Assembly: GCA_043228905.1 (NCBI GenBank)
Contig: JBHGNT010000002.1
Location: 124,001-188,000 of the forward strand
Length of the DNA: 64,000 nt
Source of the DNA: Azolla caroliniana
Taxonomy: Eukaryota > Plantae > Polypodiophyta
Direction: 5' to 3'
The first letter of the stretch is position 1; each line of letters begins with the position of its first letter. The position numbers and the translations under genes are program-made. Below the pieces are notes generated by a model, which did no database searches, was not told where the DNA came from, and worked only from the letters and a program-made list of their open reading frames with translations. Of the stretch, positions 43,401-57,500 are shown piece after piece.

Positions 43401-44160
43401 ACAAGCCAGGTATGAACATTTTAATTTACTCAAGGGCTCCTCTCAACTCACTACTCATGTTTGCTAATTTCGTCATGTCTCTCGACCGGAGTTTCAAAAT
43501 CTTGATTTTTGAAATTCCATATCATAGCTAGCGTTGTTAGCTTCGATTCGCATGTTTGAACACAAAAATCCGATATTACACGAGCCAGGTATGAACATTT
43601 TAATTTACTCAAGGGCTTCGCTCAACTCACTACTCATGTTTGCTAATTTCGTCATGTCTCTCGACCGGAGTTTCAAAATCTTGATTTTTGAATTCCATAT
43701 CATAGTTAGCGTTGTTAGCTTCGATTCGCATGTTTGAACACAAAAATCTGATATCAGACGAGCCAGGTATGAACATTTTCATTTACTCAAGGGCTCCTCT
43801 CAACTCCCTCCTTATGTTTGCTAATTTTGTCATGTCTCTCGACCTGAGTTTCAAAATCTTGATTTTTCAATTCCATATCGTGGCTAGCATTGTTAGCTTC
43901 GATTCGCATGTTTGAACACAAAAATCCGATATCACACGAGCCAGGTATGAACATTTTCATTTACTCAAGGGCTCCTCTCAACTCACTCCTCAAATTTGGT
44001 AATTTCGTCATGTCTCTCGACCTGAGTTTCAAAATCTTGATTTTTCAATTCCATATCATAGCTAGCGTTGTTAGCTTCGATTCGCATGTTTGAACACAAA
44101 AAGCCGATATCACACGAGCCAGGTATGAACATTTTCATTTACCCACTAGATCTTCTCAAC
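37482..44160 (+). repeat. Satellite domain B: tandem 20-monomer HOR, unit 3560 bp, about 1.9 copies
   Basis: Matches 37661/41221, 38195/41755, 38906/42466, 39439/42999, 39974/43534, 40330/43890. Private alleles: atcctatatc, gggcttcgctc, atcagacg, ccagatcata, aaagccgat. Confidence 0.92.
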
Positions 44161-47100
44161 TCCCTCCTCAAATTTGGTAATTTCGTCGTGTCTCTGGACA
44201 TGAGTTTCAAAATCTTGATTTTTTAATTCGATATCATAGCTAGCGTTGTTAGCTTCGATTCGCATGTTTGAACACAAAAATCCGATATCACACGAGCCAG
44301 GTATGACGATTTTATTTTACTCAAGGGCTCCTCTCAACTCCCTCCTCATGTTTGCTAATTTCGTCGTGTCTCTGGACCTGAGTTTCAAAATCTTGATTTT
44401 TGAATTCCATATCATAGCTAGCGTTGTTAGCTTCGATTCGCATATTTGAACACAAAAATCCGATATCACACGAGCCAGGTATGAACATTTTAATTTACTC
44501 AAGGGCTCCTATCAACTCACTCCTCAAATTTGGTAATTGAATCATGTCTCTCGACTTGAGTTTCAAAATCTTCATTTTTCAATTCCATATCATAGCTAGC
44601 GTTGTTAGCTTCGATTCGCATGTTTGAACACAAAAATCCGATATCACACGAGCCAGGTATGAACATTTTCCTTTACCCACTAGCTCTTCTCAACTCACTC
44701 CTAAAATTTGGTAATTTCGTCATGTCTCTCGACCTGAGTTTCAAAATCTTGATTTTTTAATTCCATATCATAGCTAGCGTTGTTAGCTTCGATTCGCATG
44801 TTTGAACACAAAAATCCGATATTACATGAGACAGCTATGAACATTTTAATTTACTCAAGGGCTCCTCTCAACTCACTACTCATGTTTGCTAATTTCGTCA
44901 TGTCTCTCGACCTGAGTTTCAAAATCTTGATTTTTGAATTCCATATCATAGCTAGCGTTGTTAGCTTCGATTCGCATGTTTGAACACAAAAATCCGATAT
45001 CACACGAGCCAGGTATGACGATTTTATTTTACTCAAGGGCTCCTCTCAACTCCCTCCTCATGTTTGCTAATTTCGTCGTGTCTCTGGACCTGAGTTTCAA
45101 AATCTTGATTTTTGAATTCCATATCATAGCTAGCGTTGTTAGCTTCGATTCGCATGTTTGAACACAAAAATCCGATATCACACGAGCCAGGTATGAATAT
45201 TTTAATTTACTCAAGGGCTACTCTCAACTCACTACTCATGTTTGCTAATTTCGTCATGTCTCTCGACCGGAGTTTCAAAATCTTGATTTTTGAATTCCAT
45301 ATCATAGCTAGCGTTGTTAGCTTCGATTCGCATGTTTGAACACAAAAATCCGATATTACACGAGCCAGCTATGAACATTTTAATTTAGTCAAGGGCTCCT
45401 CTCAACTCACTCCTCAAATTTGGTAATTTCGTCATGTCTCTCGACCTGAGTTTCAAAATCTTCATTTTTCAATTCCATATCATAGCTAGCGTTGTTAGCT
45501 TCGATTCGCATGTTTGAACACAAAAATCCGATATGACACAAGCCAGGTATGAACATTTTAATTTAACTACTAGCTCTTCTCAACTCACTCCTTAAATTTG
45601 GTAATTTCGTCATGTCTCTCGACCTGAGTTTCAAAATCTTGATTTTCTAATTCCATATCATAGCTAGCGTTGTTAGCTTCGATTCGCATGTTTGAACACA
45701 AAAATCCGATATTACACGAGCCAGGTATGAACATTTTCATTTACTCAAGGGCTCCTCTCAACTCACTACTCATGTTTGGTAATTTAATCATGTCTCTCGA
45801 CCTGAGTTTCAATATCTTGATTTGTTAATTCCATATCATAGCTAGCGTTATTAGCTTCGATTCCCATGTTTGAACACAAAAATCCGATATCACACAAGCC
45901 AGGTATGAACATTTTAATTTACTCAAGGCCTCCTCTCAACTCCCTCCTCATGTTTGCTAATTTCGTCGTGTCTCTCGACCTGAGTTTCAATATCTTGATT
46001 TGTTAATTCCATATCATAGCTAGCGTTATTAGCTTCGATTCCCATGTTTGAACACAAAAATCCGATATCACACAAGCCAGGTATGAACATTTTAATTTAA
46101 CTACTAGCTCTTCTCAACTCACTCCTTAAATTTGGTAATTTCGTCATGTCTCTCGACCTGAGTTTCAAAATCTTGATTTTCTAATTCCATATCATAGCTA
46201 GCGTTGTTAGCTTCGATTCGCATGTTTGAACACAAAAATCCGATATTACACGAGCCAGATATGAACATTTTAATTTACTCAAGGGCTCCTCTCAACTCAC
46301 TACTCATGTTTGGTAATTTAATCATGTATGTCGACCTGAGTTTCAAAATCTTGATTTTTCAATTTCATATCATAGCTAGCGTTGTTAGCTTCGATTCCAA
46401 TGTTTGAACACAAAAATCTGATATCACACGAGCTAGGTATGGACATTTTAATTTACCTCCTAGCTCTTCTCAACTCAATCCTCAAATTTGGTAATTTCGT
46501 CATGTCTCTCGACCTGAGTTTCAAAATCTTGATTTTTTAATTCCATATCATAGCTAGCGTTGTTAGCTTCGATTCGCATGTTTGAACACAAAAATCCGAT
46601 ATCACACGAGCCAGGTATGAACATTTTCATTTACTCAAGGGCTCCTCTCAACTCACTCCTCAAATTTGGTAATTTCGTCATGTCTCTCGACCTGAGTTTT
46701 AAAATCTTGATTTTTCAATTCCATATCATGGCTAGCGTTGTTATCTTCGATTCGCATGTTTGACCACAAAAATCCGATATCACACAAGCCAGGTATGAAC
46801 ATTTTCATTTACTCAAGGGCTCCTCTCAACTCACTACTCATGTTTGGTAATTTAATCATGTCTCTCGACCTGAGTTTCAAAATCTTGATTTATGAATACC
46901 ATATCATAGCTAGCGTTGTTAGCTTCGATTCGCATGTTTGAACACAAAAATCCGATATCACACGAGCCAGGTATGAACATTTTAATTTACTCAAGGGCTC
47001 CTCTCAACTCCCTCCTCATGTTTGCTAATTTCGTCGTGTCTCTCGACCTGAGTTTCAAAATCTTGAATTATTAATTCCATATCATAGCTAGCGTTGTTGG

Positions 47101-50100
47101 CTTCGATTCCCATGTTTGAACACAAAAATCCGATATCACACAAGCCAGGTATGAACATTTTAATTTACCTACTAGCTCTTCTCAACTCACTCTTCAAATT
47201 TGGTGATTTCGTCATGTCTCTCGACCTGAGTTTCAAAATCTTGATTTTTTAATTCCATATCATAGCTAGCGTTGTTAGCTTTGATTCCCATGTTTGAACA
47301 CAAAAATCCGATATCACACAAGCCAGGTATGAACATTTTAATTTACCTACTAGCTCTTCTCAACTCACTCCTCAAATTTGGTGATTTCGTCATGTCTCTC
47401 GACCTGAGTTTCAAAATCTTGATTTTTTAATTCCATATCATAGCTAGCGTTGTTAGCTTCGATTCGAATGTTTGAACACAAAAATCCGATATTACACGAG
47501 CCAGGTATGAACATTTTAATTTACTCAAGGGCTCCTCTCAACTCACTACTCATGTTTGCTAATTTCGTCATGTCTCTCGACCGGAGTTTCAAAATCTTGA
47601 TTTCTGAATTCCATATCATAGCTAGCGTTGTTAGCTTCGATTCGCATGTTTGAACACAAAAATCTGATATCACACGAGCTAGGTATGGACATTTTCCTTT
47701 ACCCACTAGCTCTTCTCAACTCACTCCTAAAATTTGGTAATTTCGTCATGTCTCTCGACCTGAGTTTCAAAATCTTGATTTTTTAATTCCATATCATAGC
47801 TAGCGTTGTTAGCTTCGATTCGCATGTTTGAACACAAAAATCCGATATTACATGAGACAGCTATGAACATTTTAATTTACTCAAGGGCTCCTCTCAACTC
47901 ACTACTCATGTTTGCTAATTTCGTCATGTCTCTCGACCTGAGTTTCAAAATCTTGATTTTTTAATTCCATATCATAGCTAGCGTTGTTAGCTTCGATTCG
48001 CATGTTTGAACACAAAAATCCGATATCACACGAGCCAGGTATGACGATTTTATTTTACTCAAGGGCTCCTCTCAACTCCCTCCTCATGTTTGCTAATTTC
48101 GTCGTGTCTCTGGACCTGAGTTTCAAAATCTTGATTTTTGAATTCCATATCATAGCTAGCATTGTTAGCTTCGATTCGCATATTTGAACACAAAAATCCG
48201 ATATCACACGAGCCAGGTATGAACATTTTAATTTACTCAAGGGCTCCTATCAACTCACTCCTCAAATTTGGTAATTGAATCATGTCTCTCGACTTGAGTT
48301 TCAAAATCTTCATTTTTCAATTCCATATCATAGCTAGCGTTGTTAGCTTCGATTCGCATGTTTGAACACAAAAATCCGATATCACACGAGCCAGGTATGA
48401 ACATTTTCCTTTACCCACTAGCTCTTCTCAACTCACTCCTAAAATTTGGTAATTTCGTCATGTCTCTCGACCTGAGTTTCAAAATCTTGATTTTTTAATT
48501 CCATATCATAGCTAGCGTTGTTAGCTTCGATTCGCATGTTTGAACACAAAAATCCGATATTACATGAGACAGCTATGAACATTTTAATTTACTCAAGGGC
48601 TCCTCTCAACTCACTACTCATGTTTGCTAATTTCGTCATGTCTCTCGACCTGAGTTTCAAAATCTTGATTTTTGAATTCCATATCATAGCTAGCGTTGTT
48701 AGCTTCGATTCGCATGTTTGAACACAAAAATCCGATATCACACGAGCCAGGTATGACGATTTTATTTTACTCAAGGGCTCCTCTCAACTCCCTCCTCATG
48801 TTTGCTAATTTCGTCGTGTCTCTGGACCTGAGTTTCAAAATCTTGATTTTTGAAATCCATATCATAGCTAGCGTTGTTAGCTTCGATTCGCATGTTTGAA
48901 CACAAAAATCCGATATCACACAAGCCAGGTATGAACATTTTAATTTAACTACTAGCTCTTCTCAACTCACTCCTTAAATTTGGTAATTTCGTCATGTCTC
49001 TCGACCTGAGTTTCAAAATCTTGATTTTCTAATTCCATATCATAGCTAGCGTTGTTAGCTTCGATTCGCATGTTTGAACACAAAAATCCGATATTACACG
49101 AGCCAGGTATGAACATTTTCATTTACTCAAGGGCTCCTCTCAACTCACTACTCATGTTTGGTAATTTCATCATGTCTCTCGACCTGAGTTTCAAAATCTA
49201 GATTTTTTAATTCGATATCATAGCTAGCGTTGTTAGCTTCGATTCCCATGTTCGAACACAAAAATCCGATATCACACAAGCCAGCTATGAACATTTTAAT
49301 TTACTCAAGAGCTCCTCTCAACTCACTACTCATGTTTGCTAATTTCGTCATGTCTCTCGACCTAGGTTTCAAAATCTTGATTTGTTAATTCCATATCATA
49401 GCTAGCGTTGTTAGCTTCGATTCCCATGTTTGAACACAAAAATCCGATATCACACAAGCCAGGTATGAACATTTTAATTTACCTACTAGCTCTTCTCAAC
49501 TCACTCCTCAAATTTGGTAATTTCGTCATGTCTCTCGACCTGAGTTTCAAAATCTTGATTTTTTAATTCCATATCATAGCTAGCGTTGTTAGCTTCGATT
49601 CGCATGTTTGAACACAAAAATCCCATATTACACGAGCCAGGTATGAACATTTTCATTTACTCAAGGGCTCCTCTCAACTCCCTCCTCAAATTTGGTAATT
49701 TCGTCATGTCTCTCGACCTGAGTTTCAAAATCTTGATTTATCAATTCCATATCATGGCTAGCATTGTTATCTTCCATTCGCATGTTTGAACACAAAAATC
49801 CGATATCACACGAGCCAGGTATGAACATTTTCATTTACTCAAGGGCTCCTCTCAACTCACTCCTCAAATTTGGTAATTTCGTCATGTCTCTCGACCTGAG
49901 TTTTAAAATCTTGATTTTTCAATTCCATATCATGGCTAGTGTTGTTATCTTCGATTCGCATGTTTGAACACAAAAATCCGATATCACACGAGCCAGGTAT
50001 GAACATTTTCCTTTACCCACTAGCTCTTCTCAACTCACTACTCATGTTTGGTAATTTAATCATGTCTCTCGACCTGAGTTTCAAAATCTTGATGTTTCAA

Positions 50101-51560
50101 CACCATATCATACCTAGCGTTGTTAGCTTCGATATCATAGCTAGCGTTGTTAGCTTCGATTCGCATGTTTGAACACAAAAATCCGATATCACACGAGCCA
50201 GGTATGAACATTTTAATTTACTGCAGGGCTCCTCTCAACTCCCTCCTCATGTTTGCTAATTTCGTCGTGTCTCTCGACCTGAGTTTCAAAATCTTGATTT
50301 GTTAATTCCATATCATAGCTAGCGTTGTTAGCTTCGATTCCCATGTTTGAACACAAAAATCCGATATCACACAAGCCAGGTATGAACATTTTAATTTACC
50401 TACTAGCTCTTCTCAACTCACTCCTCAAATTTGGTAATTTCGTCATGTCTCTCGACCTGAGTTTAAAATCTTGATTTTCTAATTCCATATCATAGCTAGC
50501 GTTGTTAGCTTCGATTCGCATGTTTGAACACAAAAATCCGATATTACACGAGCCAGGTATGAACATTTTAATTTACTCAAGGGCTCCTCTCAACTCACTA
50601 CTCATGTTTGCTAATTTCGTCATGTCTCTCGACCGGGTTTCAAAATCTTGATTTTTGAATTCCATATCATAGCTAGCGTTGTTAGCTTCGATTCCCATGT
50701 TTGAACACAAAAATCCGATATCACACAAGCCAGGTATGAACATTTTAATTTACCTACTAGCTCTTCTCAACTGACTCCTTAAATTTGGTAATTTCGTCAT
50801 GTCTCTCGACCTGAGTTTCAAAATCTTGATTTTTCAATTCCATATCATGGCTAGTGTTGTTATCTTCGATTCGCATGTTTGAACACAAAAATCCGATATC
50901 ACACGAGCCAGGTATGAACATTTCATTTACCCACTAGCTCTTCTCAACTCACTACTCATGTTTGGTAATTTAATCATGTCTCTCGACCTGAGTTTCAAAA
51001 TCTTGATGTTTCAATACCATATCATAGCTAGCGTTGTTAGCTTCGATTCGCATGTTTGAACACAAAAATCCAATATCACACGAGCCAGGTATGAACATTT
51101 TAATTTACTGCAGGGCTCCTCTCAACTCCCTCCTCATGTTTGCTAATTTCGTCGTGTCTCTCGACCTGAGTTTCAAAATCTTGATTTGTTAATTCCATAT
51201 CATAGCTAGCGTTGTTAGCTTCGATTCCCATGTTTGAACACAAAAATCCGATATCACACAAGCCAGGTATGAACATTTTAATTTACCTACTAGCTCTTCT
51301 CAACTCACTCCTCAAATTTGGTAATTTCGTCATATCTCTCGACCTGAGTTTCAAAATCTTGATTTTCTAATTCCATATCATAGCTAGCGTTGTTAGCTTC
51401 GATTCGCATGTTTGAACACAAAAATCCGATATTACACGAGCCAGGTATGAACATTTTAATTTACTCAAGGGCTCCTCTCAACTCACTACTCATGTTTGCT
51501 AATTTCGTCGTGTCTCTCGACCTGAGTTTCAAAATCTTGATTTATTAATTCCATATCATA
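44160..51560 (+). repeat. Satellite domain C: more heterogeneous monomers with short or partial duplications (3738-bp and 887-bp offsets)
   Basis: 44246-45130 recurs at 47984-48870 (+3738 = 21x178; alleles atgacgattt, catgagacag). The ctgcaggg allele occurs at 50221 and 51108 (+887). Many singleton SNPs and 1-bp deletions. Confidence 0.8.
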
Positions 51561-54500
51561 GCTAGCGTTGTTAGCTTCGATTCCCATGTTTGAACACAAA
51601 ATCCCGATATCACACAAGCCAGGTATGAACATTTTAATTTACCTACTAGCTCTTCTCAACTCACTCCTCAAATTTGGTATTTTCGTCATGTCTCTCGACC
51701 TGAGTTTCAAAATCTTGATTTTTTAATTCCATATCATAGCTAGCATTGTTAGCTTCGATTCGCATGTTTGAACACAAAAATCCGATATTACACGAGCCAG
51801 GTATGAACATTTTAATTTACTCAAGGGCTCCTCTCAACTCACTACTCATGTTTGCTAATTTCGTCATGTCTCTCGACCTGAGTTTCAAAATCTTGATTTA
51901 TGAATTCCATATCATAGCTAGCGTTGTTAGCTTCGATTCGCATGTTTGAACACAAATATCCGATATCACACGAGCCAGGTATGAACATTTTAATTTACTC
52001 AAGGGCTTCTCTCAACTCAGTCCTCAAATTTGGTAATTTAATCATGTCTCTCGATCTGAGTTTCAAAATCTTGATTTTTCAATTCCATATCATAGCTAGC
52101 GTTGTTAGCTTCGAGTCGCATGTTTGAACACAAAAATCCGATATCACACGAGCCAGGTATGAACATTTTAATTTACTCAAGAGCTCCTCTCAACTCCCTC
52201 CTCATGTTTGCTAATTTCGTCGTGTCTCTCGACCTGAGTTTCAAAATCTTGATTTATTAATTCCATATCATAGCTAGCGTTGTTAGCTTCGATTCCCATG
52301 TTTGAACACAAAATCCCGATATCACACAAGCCAGGTATGAACATTTTAATTTACCTACTAGCTCTTCTCAACTCACTCCTCAAATTTGGTATTTTCGTCA
52401 TGTCTCTCGACCTGAGTTTCAAAATCTTGATTTTTTAATTCCATATCATAGCTAGCGTTGTTAGCTTCGATTCGCATGTTTGAACACAAAAATCCGATAT
52501 TACACGAGCCAGGTATGAACATTTTAATTTACTCAAGGGCTCCTCTCAACTCACTACTTATGTTTGCTAATTTCGTCATGTCTCTCGAACGGAGTTTCAA
52601 AATCTTGATTTTTGAATTCCATATCATAGCTAGCGTTGTTAGCTTCGATTCGTATGTTTGAACACAAAAATCCAATATCACACGAGCCAGGTATGAACAT
52701 TGTTTTTTACTCAAGGGCTCCTCTCAACTCCCTCCTCATGTTTGCTAATTTTGTCATGTCTCTCGACCTGAGTTTCAAAAGCTTGATTTTTCAATTCCAT
52801 ATCGTGGCTAGCGTTGTTAGCTTTGATTCGCATGTTTGAAAAAGAAATCCGATATCACACGAGCCAGGTATGAACATTTTCATTTACCCACTAGCTCTTC
52901 TAAACTCACTCCTCAAATTTGGTAATTTCGTCATGTCTCTCGACCTGAGTTTCAAAATCTTGATTTTTTAATTCGATATCATATCTAGCGTTGTTAGCTT
53001 CGATTCGCATGTCTGAACACAAAAATCCGATATTACACGAGCCAGCTATGAACATTTTAATTTACTCAAGGGCTCCTCTCAACTCACTACTCATGTTTGC
53101 TAATTTCGTCATGTCTCTGGACCTGAGTTTCAAAATCTTGATTTATTAATTCCATATCATAGCTAGCATTCTTAGTTTCGAGTCGCATGTTTGAACACAA
53201 AAATCCGACATCACACGAGCCAGGTATGAACATTTTAATTTACCTACTAGCTCTTCTCAACTCAGTCCTCAAATTTGGTATTTTCCTCATGTCTCTCGAC
53301 CTGAGTTTCAAAATCTTGATTTTTGAATTCCATATCATAGCTAGCGTTGTTAGCTTCGATTCGCATGTTTGAACAGAAAAATCCGATATTACACGAGCCA
53401 GCTATGAACATTTTAATTTACTCAAGGGCTCCTCTCAACTCACTACTCATGTTTGCTAATTTCGTCATGTCTCTCGACCCGAGTTTCAAAATCTTGATTT
53501 ATGAATTCCATATCATAGCTAGCGTTGTTAGCTTCGATTCGCATGTTTGAACACAAATATCCGATATCACACGAGCCAGGTATGAACATTTTAATTTACT
53601 CAAGGGCTTCTCTCAACTCAGTCCTCAAATTTGGTAATTTAATCATGTCTCTCGATCTGAGTTTCAAAATCTTGATTTTTCAATTCCATATCATAGCTAG
53701 CGTTGTTAGCTTCGAGTCGTATGTTTGAACACAAAAATCCAATATCACACGAGCCAGGTATGAACATTTTAATTTACTCAAGAGCTCCTCTCAACTCCCT
53801 CCTCATGTTTGCTAATTTCGTCGTGTCTCTCGACCTGAGTTTCAAAATCTTGATTTATTAATTCCATATCATAGCTAGAGTTGTTAGCTTCGATTCGCAT
53901 GTTTGAACACAAAAATCCCGATATCACACAAGCCAGGTATGAACATTTTAATTTACCTACTAGCTCTTCTCAACTCACTCCTCAAATTTGGTATTTTCGT
54001 CATGTCTCTCGACCTGAGTTTCAAAATCTTGATTTTTTAATTCCATATCATAGCTAGCGTTGTTAGCTTCGATTCGCATGTTTGAACACAAAAATCCGAT
54101 ATTACACGAGCCAGGTATGAACATTTTAATTTACTCAAGGGCTCCTCTCAACTCACTACTTATGTTTGCTAATTTCGTCATGTCTCTCGAACGGAGTTTC
54201 AAAATCTTGATTTTTGAATTCCATATCATAGCTAGCGTTGTTAGCTTCGATTCCCATGTTTGAACACAAAATCCCGATATCACACAAGCCAGGTATGAAC
54301 ATTTTAATTTACCTACTAGCTCTTCTCAACTCACTCCTCAAATTTGGTATTTTCGTCATGTCTCTCGACCTGAGTTTCAAAATCTTGATTTTTTAATTCC
54401 ATATCATAGCTAGCGTTGTTAGCTTCGATTCGCATGTTTGAACACAAAAATCCGATATTACACGAGCCAGGTATGAACATTTTAATTTACTCAAGGGCTC

Positions 54501-57500
54501 CTCTCAACTCACTACTTATGTTTGCTAATTTCGTCATGTCTCTCGAACGGAGTTTCAAAATCTTGATTTTTGAATTCCATATCATAGCTAGCGTTGTTAG
54601 CTTCGATTCGTATGTTTGAACACAAAAATCCAATATCACACGAGCCAGGTATGAACATTGTTTTTTACTCAAGGGCTCCTCTCAACTCCCTCCTCATGTT
54701 TGCTAATTTTGTCATGTCTCTCGACCTGAGTTTCAAAAGCTTGATTTTTCAATTCCATATCGTGGCTAGCGTTGTTAGCTTTGATTCGCATGTTTGAAAA
54801 AGAAATCCGATATCACACGAGCCAGGTATGAACATTTTCATTTACCCACTAGCTCTTCTAAACTCACTCCTCAAATTTGGTAATTTCGTCATGTCTCTCG
54901 ACCTGAGTTTCAAAATCTTGATTTTTTAATTCGATATCATATCTAGCGTTGTTAGCTTCGATTCGCATGTCTGAACACAAAAATCCGATATTACACGAGC
55001 CAGCTATGAACATTTTAATTTACTCAAGGGCTCCTCTCAACTCACTACTCATGTTTGCTAATTTCGTCATGTCTCTAGACCTGAGTTTCAAAATCTTGAT
55101 TTATTAATTCCATATCATAGCTAGCATTCTTAGTTTCGAGTCGCATGTTTGAACACAAAAATCCGACATCACACGAGCCAGGTATGAACATTATAATTTA
55201 CCTACTAGCTTTTCTCAACTCAGTCCTCAAATTTGGTATTTTCGTCATGTCTCTCGACCTGAGTGTCAAAATCTTGATTTTTGAATTCCATATCATAGCT
55301 AGCGTTGTTAGCTTCGATTCGCATGTTTGAACACAAAAATCCGATATTACACGAGCCAGCTATGAACATTTTAATTTACTCAAGGGCTCCTCTCAACTCA
55401 CTACTCATGTTTGCTAATTTCGTCATGTCTCTCGACCCGAGTTTCAAAATCTTGATTTATGAATTCCATATCATAGCTAGCGTTGTTAGCTTCGATTCGC
55501 ATGTTTGAACACAAATATCCGATATCACACGAGCCAGGTATGAACATTTTAATTTACTCAAGGGCTTCTCTCAACTCAGTCCTCAAATTTGGTAATTTAA
55601 TCATGTCTCTCGATCTGAGTTTCAAAATCTTGATTTTTCAATTCCATATCATAGCTAGCGTTGTTAGCTTCGAGTCGCATGTTTGAACACAAAAATCCGA
55701 TATCACACGAGCCAGGTATGAACATTTTAATTTAGTCAAGAGCTCCTCTCAACTCCCTCCTCATGTTTGCTAATTTCGTCGTGTCTCTCGACCTGAGTTT
55801 CAAAATCTTGATTTATTAATTCCATATCATGGCTAGCGTTGTTAGCTTCGATTCGCATGTTTGAACAGAAAAATCCGATATCACTAGCTCTTCTCAACTC
55901 ACTCCTCAAATTTGATAATTTCGTCATGTCTCTCGACCTGAGTTTCAAAATCTTGATTTTTTAATTCGATATCATATCTAGCGTTGTTAGCTTCGATTCG
56001 CATGTCTGAACACAAAAATCCGATATTACACGAGCCAGCTATGAACATTTTAATTTACTCAAGGGCTCCTCTCAACTCACTACTCATGTTTGCTAATTTC
56101 GTCATGTCTCTGGAACTGAGTTTCAAAATCTTGATTTATTAATTCCATATCATAGCTAGCATTCTTAGTTTCGAGTCGCATGTTTGAACACAAAAATCCG
56201 ACATCACACGAGCCAGGTATGAACATTTTAATTTACCTACTAGCTCTTCTCAACTCAGTCCTCAAATTTGGTAATTTAATCATGTCTCTCGATCTGAGTT
56301 TCAAAATCTTGATTTTTCAATTCCATATCATAGCTAGCGTTGTTAGCTTCGAGTCGCATGTTTGAACACAAAAATCCGATATCACACGAGCCAGGTATGA
56401 ACATTTTAATTTACTCAAGAGCTCCTCTCAACTCCCTCCTCATGTTTGCTAATTTCGTCGTGTCTCTCGACCTGAGTTTCAAAATCTTGATTTATTAATT
56501 CCATATCATAGCTAGCGTTGTTAGCTTCGATTCCCATGTTTGAACACAAAATCCCGATATCACACAAGCCAGGTATGAACATTTTAATTTACCTACTAGC
56601 TCTTCTCAACTCACTCCTCAAATTTGGTATTTTCGTCATGTCTCTCGACCTGAGTTTCAAAATCTTGATTTTTTAATTCCATATCATAGCTAGCGTTGTT
56701 AGCTTCGATTCGCATGTTTGAACACAAAAATCCGATATTACACGAGCCAGGTATGAACATTTTAATTTACTCAAGGGCTCCTCTCAACTCACTACTTATG
56801 TTTGCTAATTTCGTCATGTCTCTCGAACAGAGTTTCAAAATCTTGATTTTTGAATTCCATATCATAGCTAGCGTTGTTAGCTTCGATTCGTATGTTTGAA
56901 CACAAAAATCCAATATCACACGAGCCAGGTATGAACATTGTTTTTTACTCAAGGGCTCCTCTCAACTCCCTCCTCATGTTTGCTAATTTTGTCATGTCTC
57001 TCGACCTGAGTTTCAAAATCTTGATTTTTCAATTCCATATCATAGCTAGCGTTGTTAGCTTTGATTCGCATGTTTGAACACAAAAATCCGATATTACACG
57101 AGCCAGCTATGAACATTTTAATTTACTCAAGGGCTCCTCTCAACTCACTACTCATGTTTGCTAATTTCGTCATGTCTCTCGACCCGAGTTTCAAAATCTT
57201 GATTTATGAATTCCATATCATAGCTAGCGTTGTTAGCTTCGATTCGCATGTTTGAACACAAATATCCGATATCACACGAGCCAGGTATGAACATTTTAAT
57301 TTACTCAAGGGCTTCTCTCAACTCAGTCCTCAAATTTGGTAATTTAATCATGTCTCTCGATCTGAGTTTCAAAATCTTGATTTTTCAATTCCATATCATA
57401 GCTAGCGTTGTTAGCTTCGAGTCGCATGTTTGAACACAAAAATCAGATATCACACGAGCCAGGTATGAACATTTTGCTTTACCCACTAGCTCCTCTCAAC

